Shown: positions 20,421 to 31,067 of the stretch, in pieces
How the letters are laid out: each line of letters begins with the position of its first letter
How positions within the stretch are numbered: position 1 is the first letter of the stretch
NCBI GenBank assembly: GCA_050011875.1
Contig: JBEKIG010000011.1
Coordinates: 32,001 to 96,000, forward strand
From: Nitrososphaeria archaeon
GTDB taxonomy: Archaea > Thermoproteota > Nitrososphaeria > JACIWG01
Direction of reading: 5' to 3'
Length of the DNA: 64,000 nt
Position numbers and translations under genes: made by a program
The notes under the pieces: model-generated
What the model saw: the letters and a program-made list of their open reading frames with translations, nothing else
Told to the model about the DNA's origin: nothing
Databases searched by the model: none

Positions 20421-21899
20421 CTACCATCTTTCGATGACTACCTTTTTGTCGGTGAAGAAATCTACACAATCAATCTGTCCGTGTAATGTTCCAAAGAAGG
20501 AGTCTCTTCTTCCACCGAAGGGAAAGAACGCCATTGCTGCAGCTATACCTATATTTATTCCGATGTTTCCTGCGTTTGCCTGTCTCCTAAACTCCCTTGC
20601 GTTCTTACCGTTTTTAGTGAAGAGACACGCTGCGTTACCGTAGCTTGTCTTACAGTTTATCATGTCGAGCGCCTCACGCAGATTTTTGGCTCTGATTATT
20701 GATGCTACTGGACCAAATATTTCTTCTCTAGCGATCGTCATATCGGGTGTCACATCATCGAACACGCTGCCTCCTAGAAAGTATCCATTAGGGTAATCCG
20801 GAACTTTTGGATTTCTCCCATCAAGTGTCAGTTTAGCACCTTCGTCGACACCTTTTTGTATGTAGCTCGTTATTCGTTCCTTAGATCTTTTAGTGACTAC
20901 AGGGCCCATTTCGATGGATTCGTCAAGTCCGTATCCAAGCCTCATCTTAGCAATCGCCTGGACAAAACGATCGCTAAGTTTTTCGTGCATGCCCCCTATC
21001 AGAACCAAGTTCGATCCAGATAGACACCTTTGACCTGTGTTACCAAAGAATGAGGGCATTAGAGCTTGGATTGTCTTATCTACGTCAGCATCCTCATCAA
21101 CCACAACATAGTTCTTCGCACCCGCTTGACATATGGCCCTTTTACCATACTCTCCCGCAAGCTTGTAGACCTGTTTTGCGACAGGTGTTGAGCCGACAAA
21201 GCAGACCCCTCTAGTGTGCGGACTCGTTGTGATGGCTTCGCTTACATCTTTCCCTCCGTGAACGAGGTTAAAAACCCCCTCTGGGAATCCTACCTCATCA
21301 AAGGCATTCAGAGCCCATTGCATAGGTAACGGTGTAATTTCACTTGGCTTTACAACAACTGTGCAGCCAACTGTTAACGCTATAGGAATAAACCAGAAGG
21401 GAGCAAGTGAAGGAAAGTTGAATGGACCTAAGATGCCAAACACACCCAACGGTTCTTTAACAAGTGTTTCGTCAATTCCTGTCGCGACCTGATCCAGATG
21501 CTCGCCCTTGGCAAGCGTATAAGAAATCGAACAAGCGGTTTCAATATTCTCCGTGAGCCTCCTAGTTTCTCCCCTTGCTTCATCAATTATCTTTCCATGA
21601 TTCTGAGTTGTTATCCTTGCAATATCTTCTATTCGCTTATCTATCATCTGCTTTAGCTTATAGATGTAACCTACTCTTGTAGTAATGGGTAATTCTCTCC
21701 ACTTTTCAAAAGCTTCCTCTGCGATCTTGATTGCATCATCAACCTCTTCTTTTTTGGAGAAAGGCACTTCAGCAATCGCTATGTCAAATGCGGGATTCAC
21801 AACCTTTTGATACTGCGACGTTTTAGATTCTACATATTCACCGTTTACGTAAAGAGGCAGTTTTCCATATTCACTTTTGACTTCCTGTAATAAAGTCAT
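20421..21899 (-). CDS. mmsA: CoA-acylating (methyl)malonate-semialdehyde dehydrogenase
   Basis: PFNFP, KPSE, FVGST, AGAKN (MMSDH-specific), GQRCL, EEIFGPV, YGNAA, FFPFGG. Confidence 0.9.
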   Translation of the reverse strand: MTLLQEVKSEYGKLPLYVNGEYVESKTSQYQKVVNPAFDIAIAEVPFSKKEEVDDAIKIAEEAFEKWRELPITTRVGYIYKLKQMIDKRIEDIARITTQNHGKIIDEARGETRRLTENIETACSISYTLAKGEHLDQVATGIDETLVKEPLGVFGILGPFNFPSLAPFWFIPIALTVGCTVVVKPSEITPLPMQWALNAFDEVGFPEGVFNLVHGGKDVSEAITTSPHTRGVCFVGSTPVAKQVYKLAGEYGKRAICQAGAKNYVVVDEDADVDKTIQALMPSFFGNTGQRCLSGSNLVLIGGMHEKLSDRFVQAIAKMRLGYGLDESIEMGPVVTKRSKERITSYIQKGVDEGAKLTLDGRNPKVPDYPNGYFLGGSVFDDVTPDMTIAREEIFGPVASIIRAKNLREALDMINCKTSYGNAACLFTKNGKNAREFRRQANAGNIGINIGIAAAMAFFPFGGRRDSFFGTLHGQIDCVDFFTDKKVVIERW

Positions 21900-21987
21900 T
21901 TGTTATCCCACTTTCTGCTTTACGCTCTAATGTTAAAAACATACCTATCCGAGAATAAAAAAAGGGTAATCTGCGATATCAGATAGA

Positions 21988-23127
21988 CTATAGTGTTTCT
22001 CCGACTATTTCTAAGAGATCTTTTTCATCGAGTTCGACAATGTTGTTCTCTAGGTTTCTTTCAAATGAGAGCCCTTCTTGTACGATGATATTTTTCTCCC
22101 CCTCATTGATTCCGAGGTCTCCCAGCTTCTTAGCGATGCCGATTTGATCCAATGTCTCACGTATTTTCTTGATGAAATATTCTGCATCCTTTTGTTGGAA
22201 GCCACTAAGAAGAGCTAATTCTTCTAATCTTTTTCTGACATCTTCAATTTCATAAGATAAGATATGCGGGAGAAACATGATAGTCGCAACCCCATGAGGA
22301 ATATGATATTTTGAAGATAGGTAGTATCCTAGCGCGTGTGCCACTGTTGTTCCAGTAGTGTTTATTGCAGCACCTCCTAGACATGCAGCGTAAAGCATTT
22401 GTTCCTTGGCATCTTCTTCACCACCGTAGGCTTTGATGATGTTTTTGAAGGCGACCTTTGAAGCTTCTGCAGAGTAGAGGTCGGAGAAGGGTGAATGCTT
22501 TTTGCCTAGAAAGGATTCGACCGCGTGACAAAGAACATCGGATCCTGTTGAAGCAATCAAACTCGGAGGCAAAGGTTTTAATGTGTTCGCGTCCAATAGC
22601 GCAACCCTTGGAATAAGCGGATCACCTAGTATTGTCTTCTTCTTTTTGGAACTGTCTTCTGTTATAATTGCGTATTTTGTTACTTCACTACCTGTACCAC
22701 ACGTTGTAGGAACAGCTATTACTGGATACAATTCTTTTTCAACAACGTTTGGATAATAGTAATCTCCTATATTTCCTCCCAGCTTCGCTGCAAGGGAAAC
22801 AGCTTTAGCTGAATCGATGACGCTCCCACCACCGAAGGCTAAGATTTGATCACATCCGCTATCAAGGAAGATATCTAAAATCTTCTTCAGACCTTTTTCT
22901 GTTGGGCTTACTTCAACTTCATCGTACATGTATAGCGGAATTTCTTTTTCACTTATCTTATCTAATATATGTTCCGTAAAGCCATATTTTGTGGCAAAAT
23001 CACTCATAGTAATCAAGAAGACTTTTTTCCCGTACTGAGAGACGATTTCACCTATTTTTGATAGACCTTCTCTTCCGAAGAAGATCTTCGTTGGTAAATG
23101 ATACTGGAAGCTTTCCAAAAATATCAC
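21988..23127 (-). CDS. Iron-containing alcohol dehydrogenase
   Basis: GGGSVID, PTTCGTGSE, D..CHAVE, AHALG, HIPHG. Confidence 0.92.
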   Translation of the reverse strand: MIFLESFQYHLPTKIFFGREGLSKIGEIVSQYGKKVFLITMSDFATKYGFTEHILDKISEKEIPLYMYDEVEVSPTEKGLKKILDIFLDSGCDQILAFGGGSVIDSAKAVSLAAKLGGNIGDYYYPNVVEKELYPVIAVPTTCGTGSEVTKYAIITEDSSKKKKTILGDPLIPRVALLDANTLKPLPPSLIASTGSDVLCHAVESFLGKKHSPFSDLYSAEASKVAFKNIIKAYGGEEDAKEQMLYAACLGGAAINTTGTTVAHALGYYLSSKYHIPHGVATIMFLPHILSYEIEDVRKRLEELALLSGFQQKDAEYFIKKIRETLDQIGIAKKLGDLGINEGEKNIIVQEGLSFERNLENNIVELDEKDLLEIVGETL

Positions 23128-23329
23128 ACAGTCCTAAGTCTTTAAGTTATTCGGTTAAAAATGTTATTAAGATCAATTAGAAGATCAGCTTCTGCTTGAC
23201 ATTTAGGGCCGATTTGAAAGCTCTTTAAACACATCTTTTATAAAACTGTATTCAGGTACCTACACTGTGAATTATCTCTTCCTTAATGAGTAGACTCATT
23301 TAATCGATTTCCATCTCACAACTGTTCCA

Positions 23330-24067
23330 TCAAATCTTAGATAAGAGATCTGAATATTTATCAATTCTTATTTTTTCCCCTTCTGGTTGTACCATCCAAG
23401 TCATCCAACAAAGTTCTATGGGCCTATATCCTGTCTTTAAGGCGATTTCTTCAATCTTTTTAACGAATTGAATGTTGTCTTCAACAGGTTTTTCCCCGGC
23501 TTTTCGCAGGATACCGTTTATTACCCTCTTTACTATCTTGTCAGGCATGACGGTGTCAACCCCACCCATCATTCTCAGATATTGGAAGGTGACTATTCCA
23601 ACGCCCTGTATTGCACCAATAGGATCTTTGTCCCATGTTTCTAGGCTAGCTTGTCCTGCCCATTTTCTAAGATTGGATCTATCATCACTGCCTAGAAGTG
23701 GTAGATAGGAGGAAATACCGTTTGCGATCGCCCAAGACCTCCTGTTACTCCATACAGTTCTTAATTCTTCTAAATCTGCTTTAACAAGATCCCTGAGGAT
23801 AATTATTCTACCGTTTCCAACGAACCTGTTATCGAACTCTTTGACCTTAGGAACTACTGCAGTAAAATAATTCAAGCCTATTGACGTGAACGCTGCGTCG
23901 ACGACCATCAGAATTACGTGACCACCCCATCTTTCAGTCCTAAGACATCTATCACAATATTCTTCTATCCCAGAAACCTTCTTCATGTGACTATCAATCA
24001 ACTTTTTTAATAGGTTCATTTGGAACACACCGATTGTCGAATTACAATATAAAATGCAACCTTGCAT
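23330..24067 (-). CDS. Conserved hypothetical protein with HhH-GPD-like helix-hairpin-helix region; likely start ATG 24019
   Basis: IGAIQGVGIVTFQYLRMMGGVDTVMPDKIV resembles an HhH followed by a P-D motif. Confidence 0.55.
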   Translation of the reverse strand: MQGCILYCNSTIGVFQMNLLKKLIDSHMKKVSGIEEYCDRCLRTERWGGHVILMVVDAAFTSIGLNYFTAVVPKVKEFDNRFVGNGRIIILRDLVKADLEELRTVWSNRRSWAIANGISSYLPLLGSDDRSNLRKWAGQASLETWDKDPIGAIQGVGIVTFQYLRMMGGVDTVMPDKIVKRVINGILRKAGEKPVEDNIQFVKKIEEIALKTGYRPIELCWMTWMVQPEGEKIRIDKYSDLLSKI

Positions 24068-24139
24068 ATATTATTGTTTCGTTCCTGTAGTCAGATTTTG
24101 CAAAAAACGCTATCTATGTCTAAGGTTATTTATTGTAAC

Positions 24140-24578
24140 ATGAATTTAGAGAGAAAGATACCAGAAAGCTTCAAAGAGATAACTAGAGACTCTTGCAAGA
24201 AATTCTCAGAGGCAAAGAAATTTCTTCTACACTAAATACACTGTATTTATGTCATCTGCCAAAGGTTACGAGCTAACAGACGTTGATGGCAATTTGTATA
24301 CAGATTTCATGAACAATTTTACAGTAATGGTCCACGGCCATAATCATCCAAAGGTCGTTAAAGCCGTTATGGAACAGATACTTCTTCTGACGCTTCCTGG
24401 ACCACTAACTGAAAAACAGATTAGGTTGGCTGAAGCTATGTGTGAACGGCTTAAGACGGTTAAGAAGATCCGTTTCTGTAACTCCAGAAGTGAGACCGCC
24501 ATGATGGCCGTAAGAGCTGCTTTAGCTCTCACTGGTAGGAAAAAGGTGTTATTGCATTTTTTTACATATCCTCTTTGA
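24140..24578 (+). pseudogene. Truncated class III aminotransferase (GSA-aminomutase-like) remnant
   Basis: ATG 24140 frame stops early (KKFLLH*). A second piece, AKGYELTDVDGNLYTDF..HGHNHP..IRFCNSRSETAMMAVRAA..TGRKKV, ends long before the PLP lysine. Confidence 0.8.
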
Positions 24579-24615
24579 CTTAATGTTTATCTAATCGGCC
24601 CTAAAATTTATCTTT

Positions 24616-25413
24616 ATGCCCCATTCCATGGATGTTGAATTCATTTGTAAGGGTGGTTTTGGTAGTGAAGCAGATATAGATGTTGAACTGAGAAGGTTTT
24701 TTCCAGGTATAGGAGGCGACATCCGCACTTATCAGGCGTTACTTGTGGCTTTTAGAAAGGAGTTTAGCAGAACATTTAATGTCGGCCATAGGCTATTCCT
24801 TAGGCACACTATAATAAAGAAGTTTGAAGACTACTTTTTTAAAAAAGGTTTTTACCAGTACGCTCATATAACAAGACCTTTAGGTTCAAGCCAAGAAGGG
24901 TACATCTATGAATGGGCCTTTGGGAGCGACGTTTTCCCATGGGACGTAGTCAACGAATCCTACGAAAATGTTTCCGTGGAATTGGAGGATTGGGGAAATT
25001 TCATTGCCGCCTTCAACGAGGCAGGTATCAATTTGCAGAAGGATTGCACGAATCCAGACGATGGACGTATATCCCAGAACATCATACACCAGTTTCCCTT
25101 TGGGGTGGACTCTCACAGATCCAAATTAAACCGTTTGTGGAAGAGAATAGATTTTGGCGATAAGAGCGTTAACTTCGACTACAGCAGACTCGTTGAGTAT
25201 TTAGAAAAAAATAAAGTTGATATGAAGGAGAATCTCAGAGTAGGAAGATACGATATGATCGTGCTATCGTGTAAATATTTGATGAATGGCGAACATATGG
25301 ACCCCAAAGATTTGGGCGAACTCAATATTTTAGTGCGGGATTATAGACTTTCCACATTAGCCCATCTGAATACAAGGGGAGTCGAAAGTTCAAACGATGT
25401 GAGGTTGCTCTAA
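24616..25413 (+). CDS. Hypothetical protein, possibly divergent protein-kinase-like fold
   Basis: 265-aa ORF; YIYEW hinge-like, D...SQNII and KRIDFG motifs. The fold call is inference. Confidence 0.6.
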   Translation: MPHSMDVEFICKGGFGSEADIDVELRRFFPGIGGDIRTYQALLVAFRKEFSRTFNVGHRLFLRHTIIKKFEDYFFKKGFYQYAHITRPLGSSQEGYIYEWAFGSDVFPWDVVNESYENVSVELEDWGNFIAAFNEAGINLQKDCTNPDDGRISQNIIHQFPFGVDSHRSKLNRLWKRIDFGDKSVNFDYSRLVEYLEKNKVDMKENLRVGRYDMIVLSCKYLMNGEHMDPKDLGELNILVRDYRLSTLAHLNTRGVESSNDVRLL

Positions 25414-25584
25414 TTCTTTTTAAGGAAAAACAAGGAATTATCATGGTTCTCGGTTAATGTAAATCGGCTTCATTTGAAACTTGTTTTATAGTTACTAATC
25501 CTTTTCAATAGTTCCTTTTTTTAGTTTGTTGGTCTTCTCTACAACATTGAAAACTATAAAGAATACTGATGTTTTTCCGCAAAC

Positions 25585-26158
25585 ATGAAAAGGGCACTTG
25601 AATAATATAGGACAATCTTTCCCACACCTGCAGCACTTGTTACTTCTATAAGCGCCTCAGGAAAGCCGAATGTTGCAACTGCGGGTGAAGTCTACACGAT
25701 GTCCCTTGAACCACTTGTAACAGGGGTAGGTTTCAGACCCATTAGATATACACAAACTCTTGATAAGGGAGACTATGGAATTTGTCGTTAACCTGCCAAG
25801 CAAAAATCTTTTAGAGGCAATTGACTATTGTGGTATGGTTTCTGGAAGAAAAATTGACAAGTTCAAAAGAACTGGCCTAACGGCTGTTCCTGCTTCATAT
25901 GTGAGAGCACCTTTGATAAAGGAATGCCCTGTGAATATAGAGTGCAAGGTCAGAGCAATTTTAACCTTCGGATCACACGATATCTTTGTCGGAGACTCGC
26001 TAGCGATTCATGCGGATGATAAAATTATAGGATATGATGGCATTCCAGACATAGAGAAATTCGGAACCATATCCTTCGCCAATCAAAAATATTATCTTGT
26101 AGAAAAGTTACTCGGTAAGACTGGCTTCAGTCGTAATAAAAGATCTCTAAACACTTAA
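25585..26158 (+). pseudogene. Flavin reductase family gene with premature TAA (25603) and a frameshift near 25755
   Basis: Upstream frame reads MKRALE*YRTIFPTPAALVTS..GKPNVAT..RPIRYT, then shifts into the tracked ORF LIRETMEFVVNLP..CG..SGR..DKF..IKECPVNIEC..GSHDIFVG. Confidence 0.85.
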
Positions 26159-26211
26159 TTTGGGTCTTACTTAGGAAGATTAAAATAAAGGGTGAGGAAA
26201 TCGGTTAGTAA

Positions 26212-26955
26212 ATGCCTAAGGTTACTCTTAAGAATGTATCAAAAAGATTTGGTAAAGTGTTAGCAGTCGATAACTTGAGCTTGGATGTTGAAGACGGTGA
26301 ATTGTTTGCAATTGTCGGCCCCAACGGTTGTGGAAAGACCACAGTTCTTAGGATTATCGCAGGTCTAATTGAGCCTGATGAAGGTGACATCTATTTAGAT
26401 GATACTAGGGTCAATAACCTTCCCCCTGTTAAAAGGGGCGTTAGGATGGTCTTCCAAGATTATGCTTTATACCCCCACATGAAGGTGTATAAGGAGGACA
26501 AAAATTCAAACCTATCATTTGCGTTAAAGATAAGGAAGTACCTACCTGAAAATATTAAGAAAAGTGTTGAACAAATAAGTGCTAAAATAGGGATCAGTAA
26601 GGAACTTTATTCTAGACGACCGAAGGAACTGTCTGCAGGTCAGCAGCAGAAGGTCGCCATCGGAAGAGCCATTACCTTACCACCTAAAGTTTTCTTACTT
26701 GATGAACCATTAGCTCATTTAGACCCGCCAGCTCGACTTAAGATCAGGGACGAAATAAAATCCCTTCATAAAGAAATGAAGGTTACGACGATCTACGTTA
26801 CAAATGATCTTCCTGAAGCTTTTGCAGTAGCAGAAAGGCTTGCCGTGCTGAAGGAGGGAAAGGTAATTCAAGTGGGTGGACCCCACGAAGTCTACGAGCA
26901 TCCCGCTAACGATTTTGTTTCAGACTTCCTTAAAGCCTACGAAATATTTCGCTGA
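26212..26955 (+). CDS. ABC transporter ATP-binding protein (MalK/PotA-like, no C-terminal TOBE domain)
   Basis: Walker A GPNGCGKT, FQDYALYPHM, LSAGQQQK, LLDEP. Confidence 0.88.
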   Translation: MPKVTLKNVSKRFGKVLAVDNLSLDVEDGELFAIVGPNGCGKTTVLRIIAGLIEPDEGDIYLDDTRVNNLPPVKRGVRMVFQDYALYPHMKVYKEDKNSNLSFALKIRKYLPENIKKSVEQISAKIGISKELYSRRPKELSAGQQQKVAIGRAITLPPKVFLLDEPLAHLDPPARLKIRDEIKSLHKEMKVTTIYVTNDLPEAFAVAERLAVLKEGKVIQVGGPHEVYEHPANDFVSDFLKAYEIFR

Positions 26956-27009
26956 GTATAATATCACTTTCTAAGCCCACAGGAAACCAATATACATAAA
27001 TAACGTAAT

Positions 27010-27405
27010 GTGGAATTTGATTACATGGATCGAAATTCGATTGAAGTCGTTATTGAACCATACCATAAGATAATTGTGCACGAGATAGTAGAATATAGAC
27101 TCAGCGACTGGGTTAACATTATCATTACTGAAATAAAGTCGCTGGGCGGAAGTATGCCAACCCTCTTCTGGTGCAACGGAGTTGTGTTCCAGTCAGTGCA
27201 GTTCAATACAAACAGCGAGACGGTGATAAAGCAGCAATTGAATGGCATAATCCATTATAGTTCGGTGACATTTGCGCTTAAAGAAAAGTTCCAGAACGAA
27301 ATTAGGACGGACAAGGGAATGATACTTCTTGTAGATGTGAGCGCCAATATAAACTTGGTCAAACTCGCTGAAGTTCTGAAAGGTTATTCCAAGCTTAAAG
27401 AGTAA
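27010..27405 (+). CDS. Conserved archaeal hypothetical protein
   Basis: 131-aa ORF (HEIVEY, LFWCNGVVF, IIHYSSVTFA) with normal codon usage. Confidence 0.6.
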   Translation: MEFDYMDRNSIEVVIEPYHKIIVHEIVEYRLSDWVNIIITEIKSLGGSMPTLFWCNGVVFQSVQFNTNSETVIKQQLNGIIHYSSVTFALKEKFQNEIRTDKGMILLVDVSANINLVKLAEVLKGYSKLKE

Positions 27406-27423
27406 AAAATCTTGAGTTTCTAC

Positions 27424-27515
27424 TTACCTTCTTATAGGGAACTTGACTGCGAATATTGTTCCCTGTTCTCTTGACTTTCTACCGATATTGTTCCATTCTG
27501 AGACTCGGTAAGCCT
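27424..27515 (-). pseudogene. Histidine kinase HATPase_c C-terminal remnant
   Basis: Manual translation RLTESQNGTISVESQEN / GTIFAVKFPIRR* (one frameshift) matches the final H/N-GG-I-V-S...G-T-F-V-LP strand of sensor kinases. Confidence 0.6.
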
Positions 27516-27614
27516 TATCCTCTAACTACCCTAATATCTATAGAAGAAACGGCGGTATCCTCCCTTTCTTTCCTTACACTATTTCTATTGTTCAAAAATT
27601 TTCATCTACTCTAA

Positions 27615-28553
27615 TCATTTTAGTTCTTTGTGAACTTTGGTATGAAAAATTTTGAACCAGTTAAATCCAAACTCCTCCATTTGCTTCAAATACTTATCGT
27701 TGCCCTTTGGCATAAGGTCTGCGCGATAATGAAGACTAAAATAATACTGAGCTGCATTAATGTAACCCTGTTTTCCAATTAGATCAAGACACTTTTTAGC
27801 AAATTTATCATTTTGAACTTTTCGGCAGACTTTTTCAACGGTCTTAAGGCGTTCATCAGTTGTCTTTACCTTAATGTTCTCATATTTGTGAGCGAAGGCC
27901 TCTATAAGCTCTTTATCAGTCAATTCAACGTACTCTTCAGAGTGAACGATAACGTCAACATCAAGCTTCCTCTGTGGCAAAGGCTTGCTGCGGGGGTATC
28001 CGAGGCAGACAAGAACAACGGGAAAGACCTTATCAGGTAACTTAATCATCTCTCTTATCTGGGAAAAACATTCTAATACGGAACCGATATAGACAGAACC
28101 TAGACCCAACGAATCTGCAGCTGTACAGACGTTCTGAGCACATATTATAGTGTCTTGGAACGATACCCAGAAATGCCTAAAAGAGGACGCAGCAGTAAAG
28201 GGCGCAGCCTCAAGATCAGCCCATCTTTCAAGACGATGGAAATCAACACAAAAAATCAGCAAAACTGGTGCTTTGGCAATAAAAGCCTGCCCACACAACC
28301 TCGTCAATTCCTTCCTTTTTTCCCCCTCTATCTTTACAATAGAATAAGGTTGAAGATTGCCTGCAGAAGCAGAATGGGTTCCAGCTTTGAGAATAAGCCT
28401 CAAAATATCCTCAGGGACTTTTTTATCTAAGAAGTCACGGACACTAGCCCTCTCGAAGAGAATCTTCATGGTCCTGTTTGGATAATCATCAGCAAACTCA
28501 TCCTTATTCTGAGACAACTTTCCATCATAGCTTAAGAATGGTTTATCCGCCAT
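27615..28553 (-). CDS. Nitroreductase family protein (NfsA/FRP-like)
   Basis: RASVRDF, SASAGNLQPYS, AQNVCTAADSLGLGSVYIG, LGYP. Confidence 0.9.
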   Translation of the reverse strand: MADKPFLSYDGKLSQNKDEFADDYPNRTMKILFERASVRDFLDKKVPEDILRLILKAGTHSASAGNLQPYSIVKIEGEKRKELTRLCGQAFIAKAPVLLIFCVDFHRLERWADLEAAPFTAASSFRHFWVSFQDTIICAQNVCTAADSLGLGSVYIGSVLECFSQIREMIKLPDKVFPVVLVCLGYPRSKPLPQRKLDVDVIVHSEEYVELTDKELIEAFAHKYENIKVKTTDERLKTVEKVCRKVQNDKFAKKCLDLIGKQGYINAAQYYFSLHYRADLMPKGNDKYLKQMEEFGFNWFKIFHTKVHKELK

Positions 28554-28633
28554 TTTACCAAAATGAACGATATAATGACCGTATTTAAGGCTTGTAACCT
28601 TCTACCAATAGGGAAGACCTGCAAAGCATAATT

Positions 28634-29612
28634 TCATTTGTTTGCCTTAATATCATTTAAAAAGTGTTTCGCTGCGAAGTTCATCTTTCTTTCAACGTGT
28701 ATATTGATGTCCTCATGCGCCATACCCGGGTATATCGCCAGTTCCTTTCCTTCTGAACCCAAATGGTGGAATGCTGCGAACACCGTTGAAGGCGGACACA
28801 CGATATCTATTAGACCTACAGACATTAGGACGGGTACCTTAACTTTTGGTGCGAAGTTCATGGCATCAAAGTAAGAGAGTGTTTCCATAACTTTTTCTTC
28901 ATCTTCTGGATGGGTCTTTAGGTAATTTAAAATTTCCAAGTACGGACCTGTTTCAGCAACGTATACAGCTCGATCAAAATGGCAGAGGTATGGCACACTC
29001 GGTAACGCAAGTGAGACATTATCGTGTAACGCTGCTGTCACTACAGTCAGTCCTCCACCTTGGCTTACCCCTGAGACAGCGATCCTCTTCGTGTCAACAT
29101 CCTCCCTTGCAGTGACGTAGTCGGAGGCTCTATAGCAATCCATAAAGACATATCTATAATAGTATTTGTTTTTGTCTTGGATTCCCTTTGTCATGTTACC
29201 GGTAATATTTCCCACGTCATACATTGCGTCGTCCGGGGCTTCACCACCCTGTCCCCCTAACATCTACCGTCAAAACAGAGAAACCTAGGGCAATCCACCC
29301 TAAATAATCAGAAACCGTTCCTTTGCTGCCACTGTATCCGTGAATAAAAACCATCGCAGGCTTGGGTTCATTATCGTCTGCGGACTTTATGAAGTAGCCA
29401 GTAATTGGAGTCCTATCTTTAAAACCATCAAATATCAACTTTGAGACCTCCACTTTCTTTGAGAAGAAATCTACTTTCTTTATTTTGGCATTTAGAGGTT
29501 GATCTTTCGCCCTCCCTATATTATCCTTCCAGAACCTTTCAAAGTCCTTTGTTTTTGTTAGCTTTGGCTTGTAAACCTTAAGTTCATTTAACGGAAGATC
29601 AACTAATGGCAT
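28634..29612 (-). pseudogene. Acetyl xylan esterase / cephalosporin-C deacetylase (CE7), split by a +1 frameshift in a G5 run (29253-29257)
   Basis: N-part MPLVDLPL..DFERFW..HGY..DVRG and C-part QGG..YYYRYVFMD..GVSQGGG..YFD..DIVCPPS..H join into the CE7 RGQ motif if one G is removed. Confidence 0.88.
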
Positions 29613-29825
29613 GAATTTTTCAGATGAGATTAAGTAGATAAGCTTTTTCATCTAACCATAACTGCATAAAAAAAGATTGTTTATAACAAAAAATAAGTTA
29701 ACACATGGATTAAGTCATATGAATAGAAATTTAACGGAATACTTCGCGTTTTCCTTTTCATTAGTAATTAGTAGTTTATTTTCTAATGTGGATTTTTTAG
29801 TGTTATTAATGATTTTATGCCAATA

Positions 29826-30974
29826 TCAAACCAGGTACGATTTGAGTCTTTCTTCATTTATGTTAAGGCCTAACCCAGCTCTGTTGTAGACGTCTACGTA
29901 CCCTTTGGAAAACTTCTCGATTTGTGTATCACAAATATCTTTAGCTAGTGGGTTAGGACTTTCTTTTATATCGTAGATCTCGTAGGTTGCGAATGTTTCT
30001 TTTGGCAACGATGCGGAGAGATGAATGCTTGCCGCTCTGCACCCTACACCGGACAAGCCGATATGTGGGGTGTACTGAACATTGAAGGTTCTGGCCAAGT
30101 TAGTTATCTTAACACATTCTGTAATTCCTCCCGCTCGGGCTATGTCTGGCTGTATTATGTCCAGGGCTTCTCCGACGATCAGATCCCTAAAGTCATATCT
30201 AAGATAATGGGACTCTCCTCCACAAATCGGAATATCAAGTTTCCTCTTTAGCTGTCTGTACCCTTCTATATCGTATGGCGGCATCGGTTCCTCGAACCAT
30301 GAGATATCAAGACTTTTAAGAATCTTGCCGAGCTTCAATGCCTTACTATAGTTATAGGCTGAATTTGCGTCCACCATTATTTCGATATCGTTCCCAACCT
30401 CCTTTCTAATCGCTTTCAGGTTTTCTTTATCCCTATCTACACCCATGCCAACTTTGACTTTCATCTGATCGTGCCCTTCATCTGCCCACTCTTTAGCCCT
30501 TTTAGCCATCGTTTCAGGCTTTCCGAAGACTATTGATGACGCGTACGCCTTTAGCCTGTCTTGGAACTTTCCTCCTAAAAGGCTATAGACGGGCTGCTTG
30601 AGTATCTTACCCTTTAGATCCCACAGCGCTATATCGATGCCTGACAGAGCTTCCACGAAATAGCCTTTAAGATGCCCTCTTGTTTTAAGGGTGGAGAACA
30701 TTTCCTCCCATAGGACCTCAATATCCATAGGGTCTTTACCAACGACGATTCCTTTGAGCAGTTTATCGATTATCTGTGCTGTGGCCTGGGGCACTTCTCT
30801 GACCAGACCTTCACCGAAACCTGTTTCCCCATCGTCTGAACTTACCTTTACGAAGCATGATGCGTATCCTTTCCTAACCTTTTTCGCTAGGTCATCTTCG
30901 TATGGCAGGTATCCGCTGATTGCTGTCTTTGCTTCAGCATACACCGGATATGATTGTACATCAACTATCTTCAT
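29826..30974 (-). CDS. Mandelate racemase/muconate lactonizing enzyme family protein (acid-sugar dehydratase-like)
   Basis: GIDIALWDL.GK, KxK (KVK), MVDAN, WFEEP, GGES, QPD, PH. Confidence 0.92.
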   Translation of the reverse strand: MKIVDVQSYPVYAEAKTAISGYLPYEDDLAKKVRKGYASCFVKVSSDDGETGFGEGLVREVPQATAQIIDKLLKGIVVGKDPMDIEVLWEEMFSTLKTRGHLKGYFVEALSGIDIALWDLKGKILKQPVYSLLGGKFQDRLKAYASSIVFGKPETMAKRAKEWADEGHDQMKVKVGMGVDRDKENLKAIRKEVGNDIEIMVDANSAYNYSKALKLGKILKSLDISWFEEPMPPYDIEGYRQLKRKLDIPICGGESHYLRYDFRDLIVGEALDIIQPDIARAGGITECVKITNLARTFNVQYTPHIGLSGVGCRAASIHLSASLPKETFATYEIYDIKESPNPLAKDICDTQIEKFSKGYVDVYNRAGLGLNINEERLKSYLV

Positions 30975-31067
30975 ATCTTGCTAACTCCTTCTGCATTTAA
31001 ATGACGAATTCTTTAATCTTTCTTTAGCGACTTATAAGCCGCCGAAATAAAGAGATTTTTGGCTGTT

